Numbered from the stretch's first letter, positions 1 through 6,964 are shown. The stretch is DNA of 25,421 nt from a virus (IMGVR_UViG_3300032233_001217:1-25421), one strand, 5' to 3'. The notes: generated from the letters alone by a model not told the origin. Made by a program: numbers and translations.

Positions 1-797
1 ACCTCGTGCGGCCGGCGGTACGGTGCCGGCCTGTACTGGTCTTTCCAGACCTTCGGTGGCGGCTTGTCGTCTGGACGGCGGCCAGGCTCACGGTGCGTGC
101 CGCCCTTGTCCTGGCACCGCTGCAGCCAGCCCACGATGAACCGTCGCCAGTTCCTGCGGCCGGCCCGCTTTGGGTTTGCCTTGAGCCACGCCGTGGCCTT
201 GGCCAGCTCCTGGTCGAGCACGGCACCAGGGAACGCAGTTGCCCACTCGGCACGGTCTGCGTCCGTGATTCCAGTCCACCCAGCGCCAGAATCCCAATCC
301 ACAGCAGACTTCGCCGGCGAGCGAGACGCCTTCGGCGGCTTGCTCGTCGGAACCGGCGCAGCCGGTTGTATTTCTTTTCTCCTGTCCTCTCCTGTCTTCT
401 CCTGTGGTGACGGTGGTGCGTCACAACCCTGTGACGGTGCAGCGTCACGCGAGCGTCCACGGTAGGAATCCTGCCTGCGGGCGTGCATGGCCCGTGCCTT
501 TGCGGACCCAGAAAACCGGCGATCCCAGCCCTGAATGACGATGGTGCCGTTCAAAAACGACACCCAGCCGACCCGCTCAACAGCGAGCCAGAACGCTTCG
601 TCACCACCAGCGACAGTCGCCACGCGCCGGGGCGTAGCCCGGATCGTGCCGTCCGACGAGTTGAGGGCAGCCCATGACCACAACTGGATAAGACGCCAGC
701 CGACCACCTCAATAGGCAGCCCGGTCTCGTCCACCAGCTCGAGCACCTCGGGCTTTGTGCCAAGGTTGCAGTCAAGGGGAATCCATTCACCGGCCAA
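1..797 (-). CDS. Phage replication initiator / replisome organizer (YdaU/DnaT-like), 3' end cut by the window edge
   Basis: Not in the ORF track because it runs off the edge. My translation from TTG at 797 (SD AAGGAG upstream) gives MAGEWIPLDCNLGTKPEVLELVDETG...RLIQLWSWA...AVERVGWV...IQGWDRRFSGSAKARA...PQEKTGEDRRKEIQ..., open to base 1. The MAGxWI...PEV N-terminus and charged linker are typical of lambdoid-type initiators. Confidence 0.75.
   Translation of the reverse strand, partial: MAGEWIPLDCNLGTKPEVLELVDETGLPIEVVGWRLIQLWSWAALNSSDGTIRATPRRVATVAGGDEAFWLAVERVGWVSFLNGTIVIQGWDRRFSGSAKARAMHARRQDSYRGRSRDAAPSQGCDAPPSPQEKTGEDRRKEIQPAAPVPTSKPPKASRSPAKSAVDWDSGAGWTGITDADRAEWATAFPGAVLDQELAKATAWLKANPKRAGRRNWRRFIVGWLQRCQDKGGTHREPGRRPDDKPPPKVWKDQYRPAPYRRPHE
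371..448. repeat. Putative replication origin inside the initiator gene
   Basis: Two 18-bp palindromic units GTGACG-N6-CGTCAC at 407-424 and 431-448, next to a pyrimidine-rich tract (371-405) with three 10-bp-period TCTCCTGT repeats (378, 388, 398). Confidence 0.55.
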
Positions 798-808
798 GAG
801 AAGTCTCC

Positions 809-1279
809 TTAAAACGCAACGCTTTCCAGAAAAGCAGCGTCAGCATGCAGAGAGTCCAGCCACCTAACCGCGTCGGCAGGATTCGCGGCCCACTTCGCAA
901 CCAACTGCTGCCATTGGGCGTTGCACAGCGGGACGCTCTTGCTCCCGCTGGCGAAGTAGACGGTGCACGCCTCAACATCTTCCTTGGTGTCGATAGCGCG
1001 GGTAAATGGGACGTTGTGCCTGCACACTGCGACCGCGTCACCAGTTGGCCTGCGAGACAGCCGCGTGTAGGCAAGCTCCTGCCCACGAGACAGCGACTCA
1101 AGGTCGCTGCTATCACGGCTGAACTCAGCAAAGAGAAAGCATCCGCTCGACTCGACATAGAAGTCGATGTCGCTCGGCGTGATTCCACGAGCCAGCACGC
1201 CGTTCCAACCGCTGCTGTCGAGCATCTTGCCTTGGGCGTACGCCTCTTGGCACAGAATCCTTCCGCCAGAAGTGCTCAC
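809..1279 (-). CDS. Hypothetical protein, possible PD-(D/E)xK / VRR-NUC-like fold
   Basis: 156 aa with PSDIDFYVE...FLFAEF...LSRGQELAY. GTGA overlap with the upstream MTase stop. The expected catalytic Lys is absent (AEFS), so the fold call is weak. Confidence 0.5.
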   Translation of the reverse strand: MSTSGGRILCQEAYAQGKMLDSSGWNGVLARGITPSDIDFYVESSGCFLFAEFSRDSSDLESLSRGQELAYTRLSRRPTGDAVAVCRHNVPFTRAIDTKEDVEACTVYFASGSKSVPLCNAQWQQLVAKWAANPADAVRWLDSLHADAAFLESVAF

Positions 1280-2403
1280 TTCGTTACCTCCGTGATGAAA
1301 CCAAACGACGAGAACGAATCCGCGAAGTCGTCAATTGCGCTACCAAAAAACACAATGGCTTGCCCTTGAAGCGGTGCGGCAGAAGGCTTGGACGGGTGCC
1401 AAAACTTCACTCTTCCCCGCGGAAAGCAGATGGCTGATGCCTGCTCGGCCAGCGACTGAAACCACCTTGTTTCGGTGGCGTTATTCACCAGCACAACCGC
1501 CTTCGTAACGGACCCGATGGCATATGAATCGCACAGCTTCTCGACAAACTGACCAATAAGGCCCGACTCATACGGCGGGTTCATCCACAGAGTTCCCTGC
1601 CATTCCTTCTCGAGGCCGCTGTCTTCTGCCGTGTAGTAAGTCGCGGCCCGCACAAGCTCGTTGGCAATAGGGTTCGATGCAGGGTCTAGGTCAATCTTGC
1701 CAAGCACATGGCGGGCGGCCTCGATGTATTCCTTGGGCGTATACCACTCGTTGTCGCCGCTGTTGTTGGCGACGTGCGGCTTCGACTTCACTGCCTCCAC
1801 GGCCTGCTCGACCTGTTCCGTCGTCGGCTTCTCGGGCAGGGACTGAGCGGCCGCGACGATGGCGTGCTTCGGCGCGTCGATCTCACCAGTGACGATCTCG
1901 CGTTCGATGCCGAGCGTCTCAACGGCCTCGGCAAACTTGCCATCACGGCGGATCGTCTTTTCGTCTACGCCGTGCTCTTCGGCAAGAGCCTCGGCAGTGT
2001 TTGGGATGGACATTTTGTCCGCCCCAAAATCACGACCAGCACGTCCTCCTGCGTCCTTCTTCGTCCTGTTGTAGCGCCGTCCGCGGAGCAGGCTCATCTG
2101 CCGCGCGTCAAGGTTTCGCCTTCCAAGTTGGTTCCGGTCTATCCAGTCCTCGGCCTCGTCTCGGGCCTTGAATCGCAGTTCGTGAACGTCAAACGGCAAC
2201 CCCAGCCGCGTGCAGATCTCATAGCGGTTGTGGCCGTCGAGCAGCGTGAGCGTTCCCTTGCTGGCCCAAACCACCAGCGGGTCGCGGGCACCGCCGTGCT
2301 CCACAATGTTCTGCTCCAGTTGCTGCCGCTCTTCTGCAGACAGCGGCGGGATCAGCGAAGCAAAAGCGGCGTCAACGATGATGTCTTCAAAAACCTGCGG
2401 CAT
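1276..2403 (-). CDS. ParB-like N-terminal domain fused to phage DNA N6-adenine methyltransferase (Dam-like)
   Basis: N-terminal LIPPLSAEE...DPLVVW...LLDGHNRYEIC...NQLGRRNL (ParB/Srx-like). C-terminal NEWYTP...IDLDPAS...WMNPPY...TETRWFQ...GRVKF. Start set at ATG 2403 (SD AAAGGAGG) instead of 2436. Confidence 0.85.
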   Translation of the reverse strand: MPQVFEDIIVDAAFASLIPPLSAEERQQLEQNIVEHGGARDPLVVWASKGTLTLLDGHNRYEICTRLGLPFDVHELRFKARDEAEDWIDRNQLGRRNLDARQMSLLRGRRYNRTKKDAGGRAGRDFGADKMSIPNTAEALAEEHGVDEKTIRRDGKFAEAVETLGIEREIVTGEIDAPKHAIVAAAQSLPEKPTTEQVEQAVEAVKSKPHVANNSGDNEWYTPKEYIEAARHVLGKIDLDPASNPIANELVRAATYYTAEDSGLEKEWQGTLWMNPPYESGLIGQFVEKLCDSYAIGSVTKAVVLVNNATETRWFQSLAEQASAICFPRGRVKFWHPSKPSAAPLQGQAIVFFGSAIDDFADSFSSFGFITEVTK

Positions 2404-2453
2404 GTCTGCCTCCTTTCGTGTCGTGTTGCCAAGCACCTACCGTGGCACGCTCG

Positions 2454-2762
2454 TCAAGATGTCATTCGCCACACCCGCTCCGGTCGCCCGCTCGCTGACG
2501 GCCTGGTCGTGCCCGTCGTCTCCACCAGCCCGGCACGCGAAAGCCCGTGCATGCGACGCGCCACCTGCTGCTCGCTCAGCCCACAGCGGCCGGCAATCTC
2601 GTCCTTGGTTCCCGGCCCAGCGGCCAGCGCCTCGAGGATCTTCCGCTCATGGTCGCCGCGAAACTCGCGGGCCATGGTGCCGGCGATCTTCGACGTCACC
2701 GGATCGGTGCTGCGGAAGAGCGGCAGCGCATCCATAGGCGGTGTGTAGAAGTCGTTGCTCAT
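2454..2762 (-). CDS. Winged-helix HTH DNA-binding protein
   Basis: RSTDPVTS leader, then ILEALAAGPGTKDEIAGRCGLSEQQVARRMHGLSRAGLVETTG...SGRPERVW. ATGA overlap with the HNH gene stop. Confidence 0.75.
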   Translation of the reverse strand: MSNDFYTPPMDALPLFRSTDPVTSKIAGTMAREFRGDHERKILEALAAGPGTKDEIAGRCGLSEQQVARRMHGLSRAGLVETTGTTRPSASGRPERVWRMTS

Positions 2763-3352
2763 GTCACGGCCTCGCGCACGAACGAGTTAGCAAACGCAAC
2801 GCCATCACAAATCACGGATGGCTCGTTATCGCTAGACAGGAGCTTTCTCCACCCTTGGTTCCACGCCTTTTTGGCGTGGCTCCTTGATGGCGGCGGCACT
2901 GGCTGACCAATCCAGCTCTTGGCACGCTCGGCTTCAATAGCCAGCACTATGCGACGAGCCTTTTCGTAGGCCGCAGAAGCAGACTCAACGTCAGCAAAGC
3001 TGCCGAGATACAGAGTGCATCTCCAAAGACAGATGTGAGAAAAATACGGTAGCGTCCCTGGCTTTGGCTGAACGCCTTCTGGCAAACGTCCGCCGTTTGA
3101 TCGCGCGCGAGACCGACAGTTCAGCGAGCCAGTCGCCGGACGCAAGTTCTCAATGCGGCAGTCAAGCTTGTCTCCGTTGATGTGGTCCAGCATTGCCGGG
3201 ACATCTCCATCATTTGCCAAGCCCCAGACGTAACGGTGCAGCGTGACCATGCGCCCGCCGACTCTGCTGCAGGCATAGCCAACACCGTTCGGCCTCCAGC
3301 GATAACGCAGCACTTGTTCCCGGTATCGCTCATCAATAATGAAAACGCTCAT
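2759..3352 (-). CDS. HNH endonuclease with AP2-like DNA-binding domain
   Basis: LHRYVW...LDHINGDKLDCRIENLRPAT (HNH_3-like) followed by GV...YLGSFADVESASAAYEKAR (AP2-like). SD AAGGA upstream. Confidence 0.85.
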   Translation of the reverse strand: MSVFIIDERYREQVLRYRWRPNGVGYACSRVGGRMVTLHRYVWGLANDGDVPAMLDHINGDKLDCRIENLRPATGSLNCRSRARSNGGRLPEGVQPKPGTLPYFSHICLWRCTLYLGSFADVESASAAYEKARRIVLAIEAERAKSWIGQPVPPPSRSHAKKAWNQGWRKLLSSDNEPSVICDGVAFANSFVREAVT

Positions 3353-3524
3353 GTCTCACGTCCTTGTGTTTCGGCCCCGTGACGTGGGGCATTCGGTCGA
3401 GTCACCGCCGGCAACGGAGGTGGTGCGGCCTCGACTGCCGTGGTTACTCGCCACCTTCGGCTGGGCTGCCCACGCCGCCGGATTTGGCAGCGACTGCGGC
3501 CAGGGCGGGCCGTTGTGCGTTCTC
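3353..3524 (-). ncRNA. Structured intergenic leader / possible cis-regulatory RNA
   Basis: About 170 nt non-coding with four consecutive stem-loops (3374-3390, 3396-3435, 3437-3461, 3473-3492). Two mismatches are G.U only on the minus strand. No known RNA family recognised. Confidence 0.3.
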
Positions 3525-3767
3525 CTATCCGTCACTCATTGGTCCGGGCTTGTATGAAACAGGCTGAGTCGATGGCCGTGGCCCGGCCATGCTGTTGACG
3601 ATTCGCGTGTATTCGCTGAGCAGGCTGGCGTACCGGCTCGCCTGGTCGTCAGCGTCCTCGCCAAGCCGCCTGACGGCGGTTGCCAGCTTCGGCTGCCCGA
3701 TGCTTGCCAGCCGTTTGGCAACGTCTTCGTGCGTCAGCCTCTCGGTGGTGTTCACGTAGATCGCCAT
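3525..3767 (-). CDS. Hypothetical protein (80 aa)
   Basis: MAIYVNTTERLTHEDVAKRL...PGPMSDG. TGATG coupling to the upstream gene and SD GGAGGAG. The ORF-track extension to 4079 overlaps other genes. Confidence 0.6.
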   Translation of the reverse strand: MAIYVNTTERLTHEDVAKRLASIGQPKLATAVRRLGEDADDQASRYASLLSEYTRIVNSMAGPRPSTQPVSYKPGPMSDG

Positions 3768-3934
3768 CAGTCGGACTCCTCCTGTGCGGCGATCTGCTCG
3801 AGCACCGGCAGGGCCGCCTCGCACAACGTGCGAAAGGACAGCAGCTCTTCGGCAGGCGTCTGCTCGTTCTGGGACAGGGCACGCCGCATCACCTTGGCGA
3901 TGGAGCGGGCAGCAACTGCGTTGGCGTCGCTCAT
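3767..3934 (-). CDS. Hypothetical protein (55 aa)
   Basis: Below the ORF-track cutoff. MSDANAVAARSIAKVMRRALSQNEQTPAEELLSFRTLCEAALPVLEQIAAQEESD. ATGA overlap upstream and TGATG overlap downstream fill the gap exactly. Confidence 0.65.
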   Translation of the reverse strand: MSDANAVAARSIAKVMRRALSQNEQTPAEELLSFRTLCEAALPVLEQIAAQEESD

Positions 3935-4728
3935 GCGTGCACCTTGCCTTCGTTCTCAAGGAACTCCACGCGGGCGTGGATCTGGTCGAGCAGCTCGTCG
4001 GCCTGGAACGGCGTGAACGCCTTTTCCTTGAGCCGCTTGTCGATGTGGCCACGCATGCGGTCGAGCTTGGCGATGTCACGCTCAGCGTCGATCGCGGCCT
4101 TGGCCACCTCGTACGGGTCGACTCGCTCCTCAGCCGGCTGCGGCGTCGCAGGACGCACGACGACCGGCTCAGAAGTCACCGGTGCCGCCGGGTAGTCGTG
4201 GGCCTCTTCGGCCGTCACCATGCCACGCAAGGCGTCTGGGAAAGCGTCCCGCAGGGCGAAGCCCCTTGCCCGCATCTGGAGCATGCGGCGCGGGTACTGG
4301 GTCCACGGGCCGCTTTTGCCCCACAGCCCAGCTTTCTTGGCGTCGGCCACGGTGAACTTCACCACGGTGGGCGTCGGGTAGCCACGCCGCTTTGCAGTGC
4401 ATGTGGCCACCATCTGCTCGCCGTCGCCATCCACCGACTCGGTGACGTACTCGCAGACCGGGCTGGCCTTGACCACGGCCAGGGCGGCGTCTCCGAAAAT
4501 GCTCGGCCGCCCGTTTACCACGGCAATCGACTGCAGGGCCTGCATCGGCGACAGCCCGATCTCGGCCCCGGCCTGGATCGCAAGCACGCAGCTGGCTGGC
4601 TTGCCTTTGAAATCCTTCGGGGCGAAGTCGGACGAGGCGACCATCTCCCCAAACTTCATCGCATCGGCCATCGTTGCGAGGGCCAGACCCCTCGCAGGCG
4701 TCGTTGTAGTGCTTAGCTCCGTGCTCAT
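3931..4728 (-). CDS. RecT-like single-strand annealing protein
   Basis: APKDFKGKPASCVLAIQAGAEIGLSPMQALQSIAVVNGRPSIFG...FTVADAKKAGLWGKSGPWTQYPRRMLQMRARGFALRDAFPDALRG is the familiar phage RecT-like pattern. Start at ATG 4728 (SD AAAGGA). Confidence 0.85.
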   Translation of the reverse strand: MSTELSTTTTPARGLALATMADAMKFGEMVASSDFAPKDFKGKPASCVLAIQAGAEIGLSPMQALQSIAVVNGRPSIFGDAALAVVKASPVCEYVTESVDGDGEQMVATCTAKRRGYPTPTVVKFTVADAKKAGLWGKSGPWTQYPRRMLQMRARGFALRDAFPDALRGMVTAEEAHDYPAAPVTSEPVVVRPATPQPAEERVDPYEVAKAAIDAERDIAKLDRMRGHIDKRLKEKAFTPFQADELLDQIHARVEFLENEGKVHA

Positions 4729-4730
4729 GT

Positions 4731-4855
4731 CGTGTCCTTTCGCGTTGCGTCCTTTGTGAAAGCCGGTGTCCCCGTCCTGGGTAGCCGGCAGCTGCGTCCT
4801 TGCGTTGCCCGGTTCCACCGGGGCTCCGTGTTCGTGGTGGTTGATTCCCTCTTGC
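4731..4855 (-). ncRNA. GGA-rich leader / CsrA(RsmA)-binding RNA candidate
   Basis: Eight GGA in 114 nt (4735-4848), several in short hairpin loops: CCCGG-TGGAA-CCGGG, GC-AAGGAC-GC, CCC-AGGAC-GGG. AGGAC recurs four times. Confidence 0.45.
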
Positions 4856-4917
4856 GCGGTGTGGGTGAGTGGCTCCCCACAGGGCGGGGGCCGAGAATAA
4901 AAAGGTTGGGGGGGGGG

Positions 4918-4933
4918 GCAAGTCTCGTGCCAA
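4918..4933 (-). promoter_or_regulatory. Sigma-54 (-24/-12) promoter
   Basis: TTGGCACG-AGAC-TTGC matches the YTGGCACG-N4-TTGC consensus. It is intergenic and oriented toward the recT operon. Confidence 0.6.
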
Positions 4934-4953
4934 ATGCCCCGCAATTTCTGCGG

Positions 4954-5184
4954 TTATCGCACCCGCTCGAGCTCTTCCGTGTAGAGGTGCAGCCGCCCCT
5001 CTGCGGTGTCGACCAGCCAGCCGTCACGCTCAGCGCCGAACACCGTGCCGTCTTGGTATCCGCCGCCGAAAGCCTTCGGGCAGCGGACGCGATCGCCGGC
5101 CTTTGGCTTCCACGCGCTGCCGTACATCTCGGCCATGGCGGCCTGGGCGGCAGCGGCTTCGCGGTGGTGGGGATCGTTACTCAT
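4954..5184 (-). CDS. Hypothetical protein, SH3/KOW-like C-terminus
   Basis: 76 aa with WKPKAGDRVRC...GTVFG...WLVDT...LYTEELERV. SD AGGAGG. Confidence 0.65.
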   Translation of the reverse strand: MSNDPHHREAAAAQAAMAEMYGSAWKPKAGDRVRCPKAFGGGYQDGTVFGAERDGWLVDTAEGRLHLYTEELERVR

Positions 5185-5214
5185 CGTGGGTGCCTCCTGC
5201 GGTTTGGGTTGCGT

Positions 5215-5242
5215 ACTGTACGTCTGTTCCTTGAAGAGTCAA
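5215..5242 (-). promoter_or_regulatory. Putative sigma-70-type promoter
   Basis: TTGACT-N16-TACAGT upstream of the 4954-5184 gene. Confidence 0.4.
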
Positions 5243-5301
5243 GTAGGCAAAAACGGCCGCAAAACAATGCTGTGAGAAGTCGAATCCGTGTACACGATTC
5301 C

Positions 5302-5317
5302 GTATCGATAGCGTTAG
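5302..5317. promoter_or_regulatory. Operator-like repeat, copy 1
   Basis: GTATCGATAGCGTTAG, related to copies at 5448-5463 and 5764-5779. Confidence 0.55.
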
Positions 5318-5322
5318 TTCAC

Positions 5323-5394
5323 TCAACCAAGCTGGCCCGCGGCGAAGATCCGCAGCACTACCAGCAACAGCTCGAACCAGACCTCAGCGTTCAT
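5323..5394 (-). CDS. Small hydrophobic peptide (23 aa)
   Basis: MNAEVWFELLLVVLRIFAAGQLG. SD-like AGGTGG, an upstream promoter candidate and a hairpin leader. Confidence 0.45.
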   Translation of the reverse strand: MNAEVWFELLLVVLRIFAAGQLG

Positions 5395-5444
5395 CGCACC
5401 ACCTGTGTCGGGCCGTGCCTGTCATCACCGTGATGACGAGCGGC

Positions 5445-5474
5445 ACAGTAGCGTTATCGTTAGTTCGTGGTCAA
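5445..5474 (-). promoter_or_regulatory. Putative sigma-70-type promoter containing operator-like copy 2
   Basis: TTGACC-N18-TACTGT. GTAGCGTTATCGTTAG (5448-5463) covers the spacer and part of the -10. Confidence 0.45.
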
Positions 5475-5507
5475 GGGACGCTCGCAAAGATTTCTGAACG
5501 GCACAAA

Positions 5508-5753
5508 CTACCGAGACTTCCGGCGTTTGCGGGTGGGCTTGGGTGCCTCGCGCTGGCCTACGCTGCGGACCGACAGCGAGCCGCGTAGGGCTCGAGCTGC
5601 TGCCGCGTCGACCAGCCAGGCCCGCTCGCCAGCCTTCCAGCCGGCAAGGTCGCCCCGCCCCAGAAGCAGCCGGATCCAGCCGACGGTGCAGCCGGCGGCC
5701 TCTGCGGCCTCGGCAACTGTCAGCCACTCTTTGTCCGGCGATGCCACAACCAT
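5508..5753 (-). CDS. Excisionase-family (HTH_17, MerR-like) DNA-binding protein
   Basis: EWLTVAEAAEAAGCTVGWIRLLLGRGDLAGWKAGERAWLVD plus a basic tail. Divergent from the integrase. Start set at ATG 5753. Confidence 0.75.
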   Translation of the reverse strand: MVVASPDKEWLTVAEAAEAAGCTVGWIRLLLGRGDLAGWKAGERAWLVDAAAARALRGSLSVRSVGQREAPKPTRKRRKSR

Positions 5754-5760
5754 GCCCCAG

Positions 5761-5788
5761 AATGTATCGACAGCGTTAGGTGAGTCAA
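5761..5788 (-). promoter_or_regulatory. Putative promoter for a leaderless HTH transcript, containing operator-like copy 3
   Basis: TTGACT-N16-TACATT ends 7 nt before ATG 5753, with no SD. GTATCGACAGCGTTAG at 5764-5779. Confidence 0.5.
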
Positions 5789-5993
5789 ACCGCCGCGAAG
5801 CCAAGTATTCGCAAGCCGCCGGCAGCACGTCCGAAACGACGCCGCCGGCAACTCGCATTGCCCCTCGCACTCGAAAGTCTGTACAGTATGAAACAGCCCG
5901 CCAAGGGCAGATTGTTCCAGCGGACGGGGTGCAGATTGGACAACTGTACACGTACCGTAAACTAGCGTCCCTTGGCAAAAAAGGAGACGCCGA

Positions 5994-6926
5994 ATGACCC
6001 TGCGAGAACTACTGCTAGACCGAGTCGCGCCGCTGAAGAATCTGTGCGACAGGACCGTTGCCATGTACGAGGCAACGCTCGACCGATTCCGCGACTTTCT
6101 GGGCCACGAGCCGACCGTCGATGATCTCGACGACCTGACCGCGGCCAAGTTCCTGCGCTGGCGTCAGACGACGCAGCATAGCAGGTTCAAGATGATTAGC
6201 CCGGCGAGCCTCGCAAAAGACTCTGCCCACCTGCGAAGCCTGTGGACTTGGCTCGCCAAAAAGCGATGGAAGAAGACCAACGGCGAGCTGCTCGAGTTCC
6301 CCGACTACGCCCGTCCCCGCGTCCCCAAGCCCCGCCCTGTGGCCTACACGGTCGACGAGCTCAGCGCCCTGGTCAGGGCCGCCCGGCATCGCAAGGGCCT
6401 CGTGGCGGGCAAGCCGGCCGCCTGGTACTGGATGACAAAGTTGCAGGCCATGTTCCAGACTGGCGAGCGGATCGGGGCCGTGCTGGCCCTGCGGTGGCGG
6501 GAAGTCGACTTAGAGCGGTGCACGATCACGTTCCTGGCAGCAACACGCAAGGGCCGCCAGGAGACCATTACGCGGCAGATCACGCCCGAACTGGCTCGTC
6601 AGATGGCTGTAAGCCAAGGCCCGCCAGACAGCCTCGTATGGCCTTGGTTGGAGGATCGCCAGATCCTGTCCTGCTACGCCAGCCTGAAGGTGCTGTGCCG
6701 CACGGCAGGCGTCCAATACCACCCGTTTCACTCGATTCGCAAATCGACTGCGTCATACCTCAAGCTGGCCGGCAAGTCGGCCAAGAAGCAGCTGGGGCAC
6801 AGCAGTGAGGAGATGGCTGAGACGCACTACTACGACGAGCGGATAACTGGGGTGGAATCGGCCCTCGACTTCCTGCCGACGCTCGACCTGACCGGGCCTG
6901 GCAAGCGGGGAGGCGACGCGGGGTGA
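5994..6926 (+). CDS. int: Tyrosine recombinase / integrase
   Basis: Catalytic set TGERIGAVLALRW (R), TRK (K), FHSIRK (HxxR), LGHSS (H), THYY (Y), with a SAM-like N-terminal domain. SD AAGGAG. Confidence 0.9.
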   Translation: MTLRELLLDRVAPLKNLCDRTVAMYEATLDRFRDFLGHEPTVDDLDDLTAAKFLRWRQTTQHSRFKMISPASLAKDSAHLRSLWTWLAKKRWKKTNGELLEFPDYARPRVPKPRPVAYTVDELSALVRAARHRKGLVAGKPAAWYWMTKLQAMFQTGERIGAVLALRWREVDLERCTITFLAATRKGRQETITRQITPELARQMAVSQGPPDSLVWPWLEDRQILSCYASLKVLCRTAGVQYHPFHSIRKSTASYLKLAGKSAKKQLGHSSEEMAETHYYDERITGVESALDFLPTLDLTGPGKRGGDAG

Positions 6927-6964
6927 AAGGACGAAACCCTACGCTGCCTCAACCCGCCGCCCGG
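6892..6964 (+). other. Long imperfect hairpin at the convergence of int and the late/middle operon
   Basis: CCGGGC..GCGGG-GAGGCGACGCGGGGT / loop GAAAGGACGAA / ACCCTACGCTGCCTC-AA-CCCGC-C-GCCCGG. It spans the int stop codon and has no U-tract. Confidence 0.5.

Noticed and set aside
378-448. CRISPR array or diversity-generating retroelement repeats
   Set aside because: The repeats are too short, with no unique spacers. No cas or reverse transcriptase gene and no adenine-specific template/variable repeat pair was seen in the window.
3353-3524. tRNA or hammerhead ribozyme in the structured intergenic region
   Set aside because: There is no T-loop/anticodon cloverleaf and no CUGANGA core, although a GAAAC is present.
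4729-4944. 72-aa N-terminal extension of RecT given by the ORF track
   Set aside because: It runs through the poly-C tract and promoter. A good SD and family-typical start lie at ATG 4728. Similar over-extended starts were trimmed at 2436, 4079, 5978, 7756, 10553, 14329, 16355 and 20263.
5213-5956. GTAC-containing motifs as LexA/SOS boxes (e.g. GAAC-AGAC-GTAC near 5218-5229)
   Set aside because: The copies are too degenerate and the host LexA motif is unknown, so they cannot be distinguished from chance or integrase-related sites.
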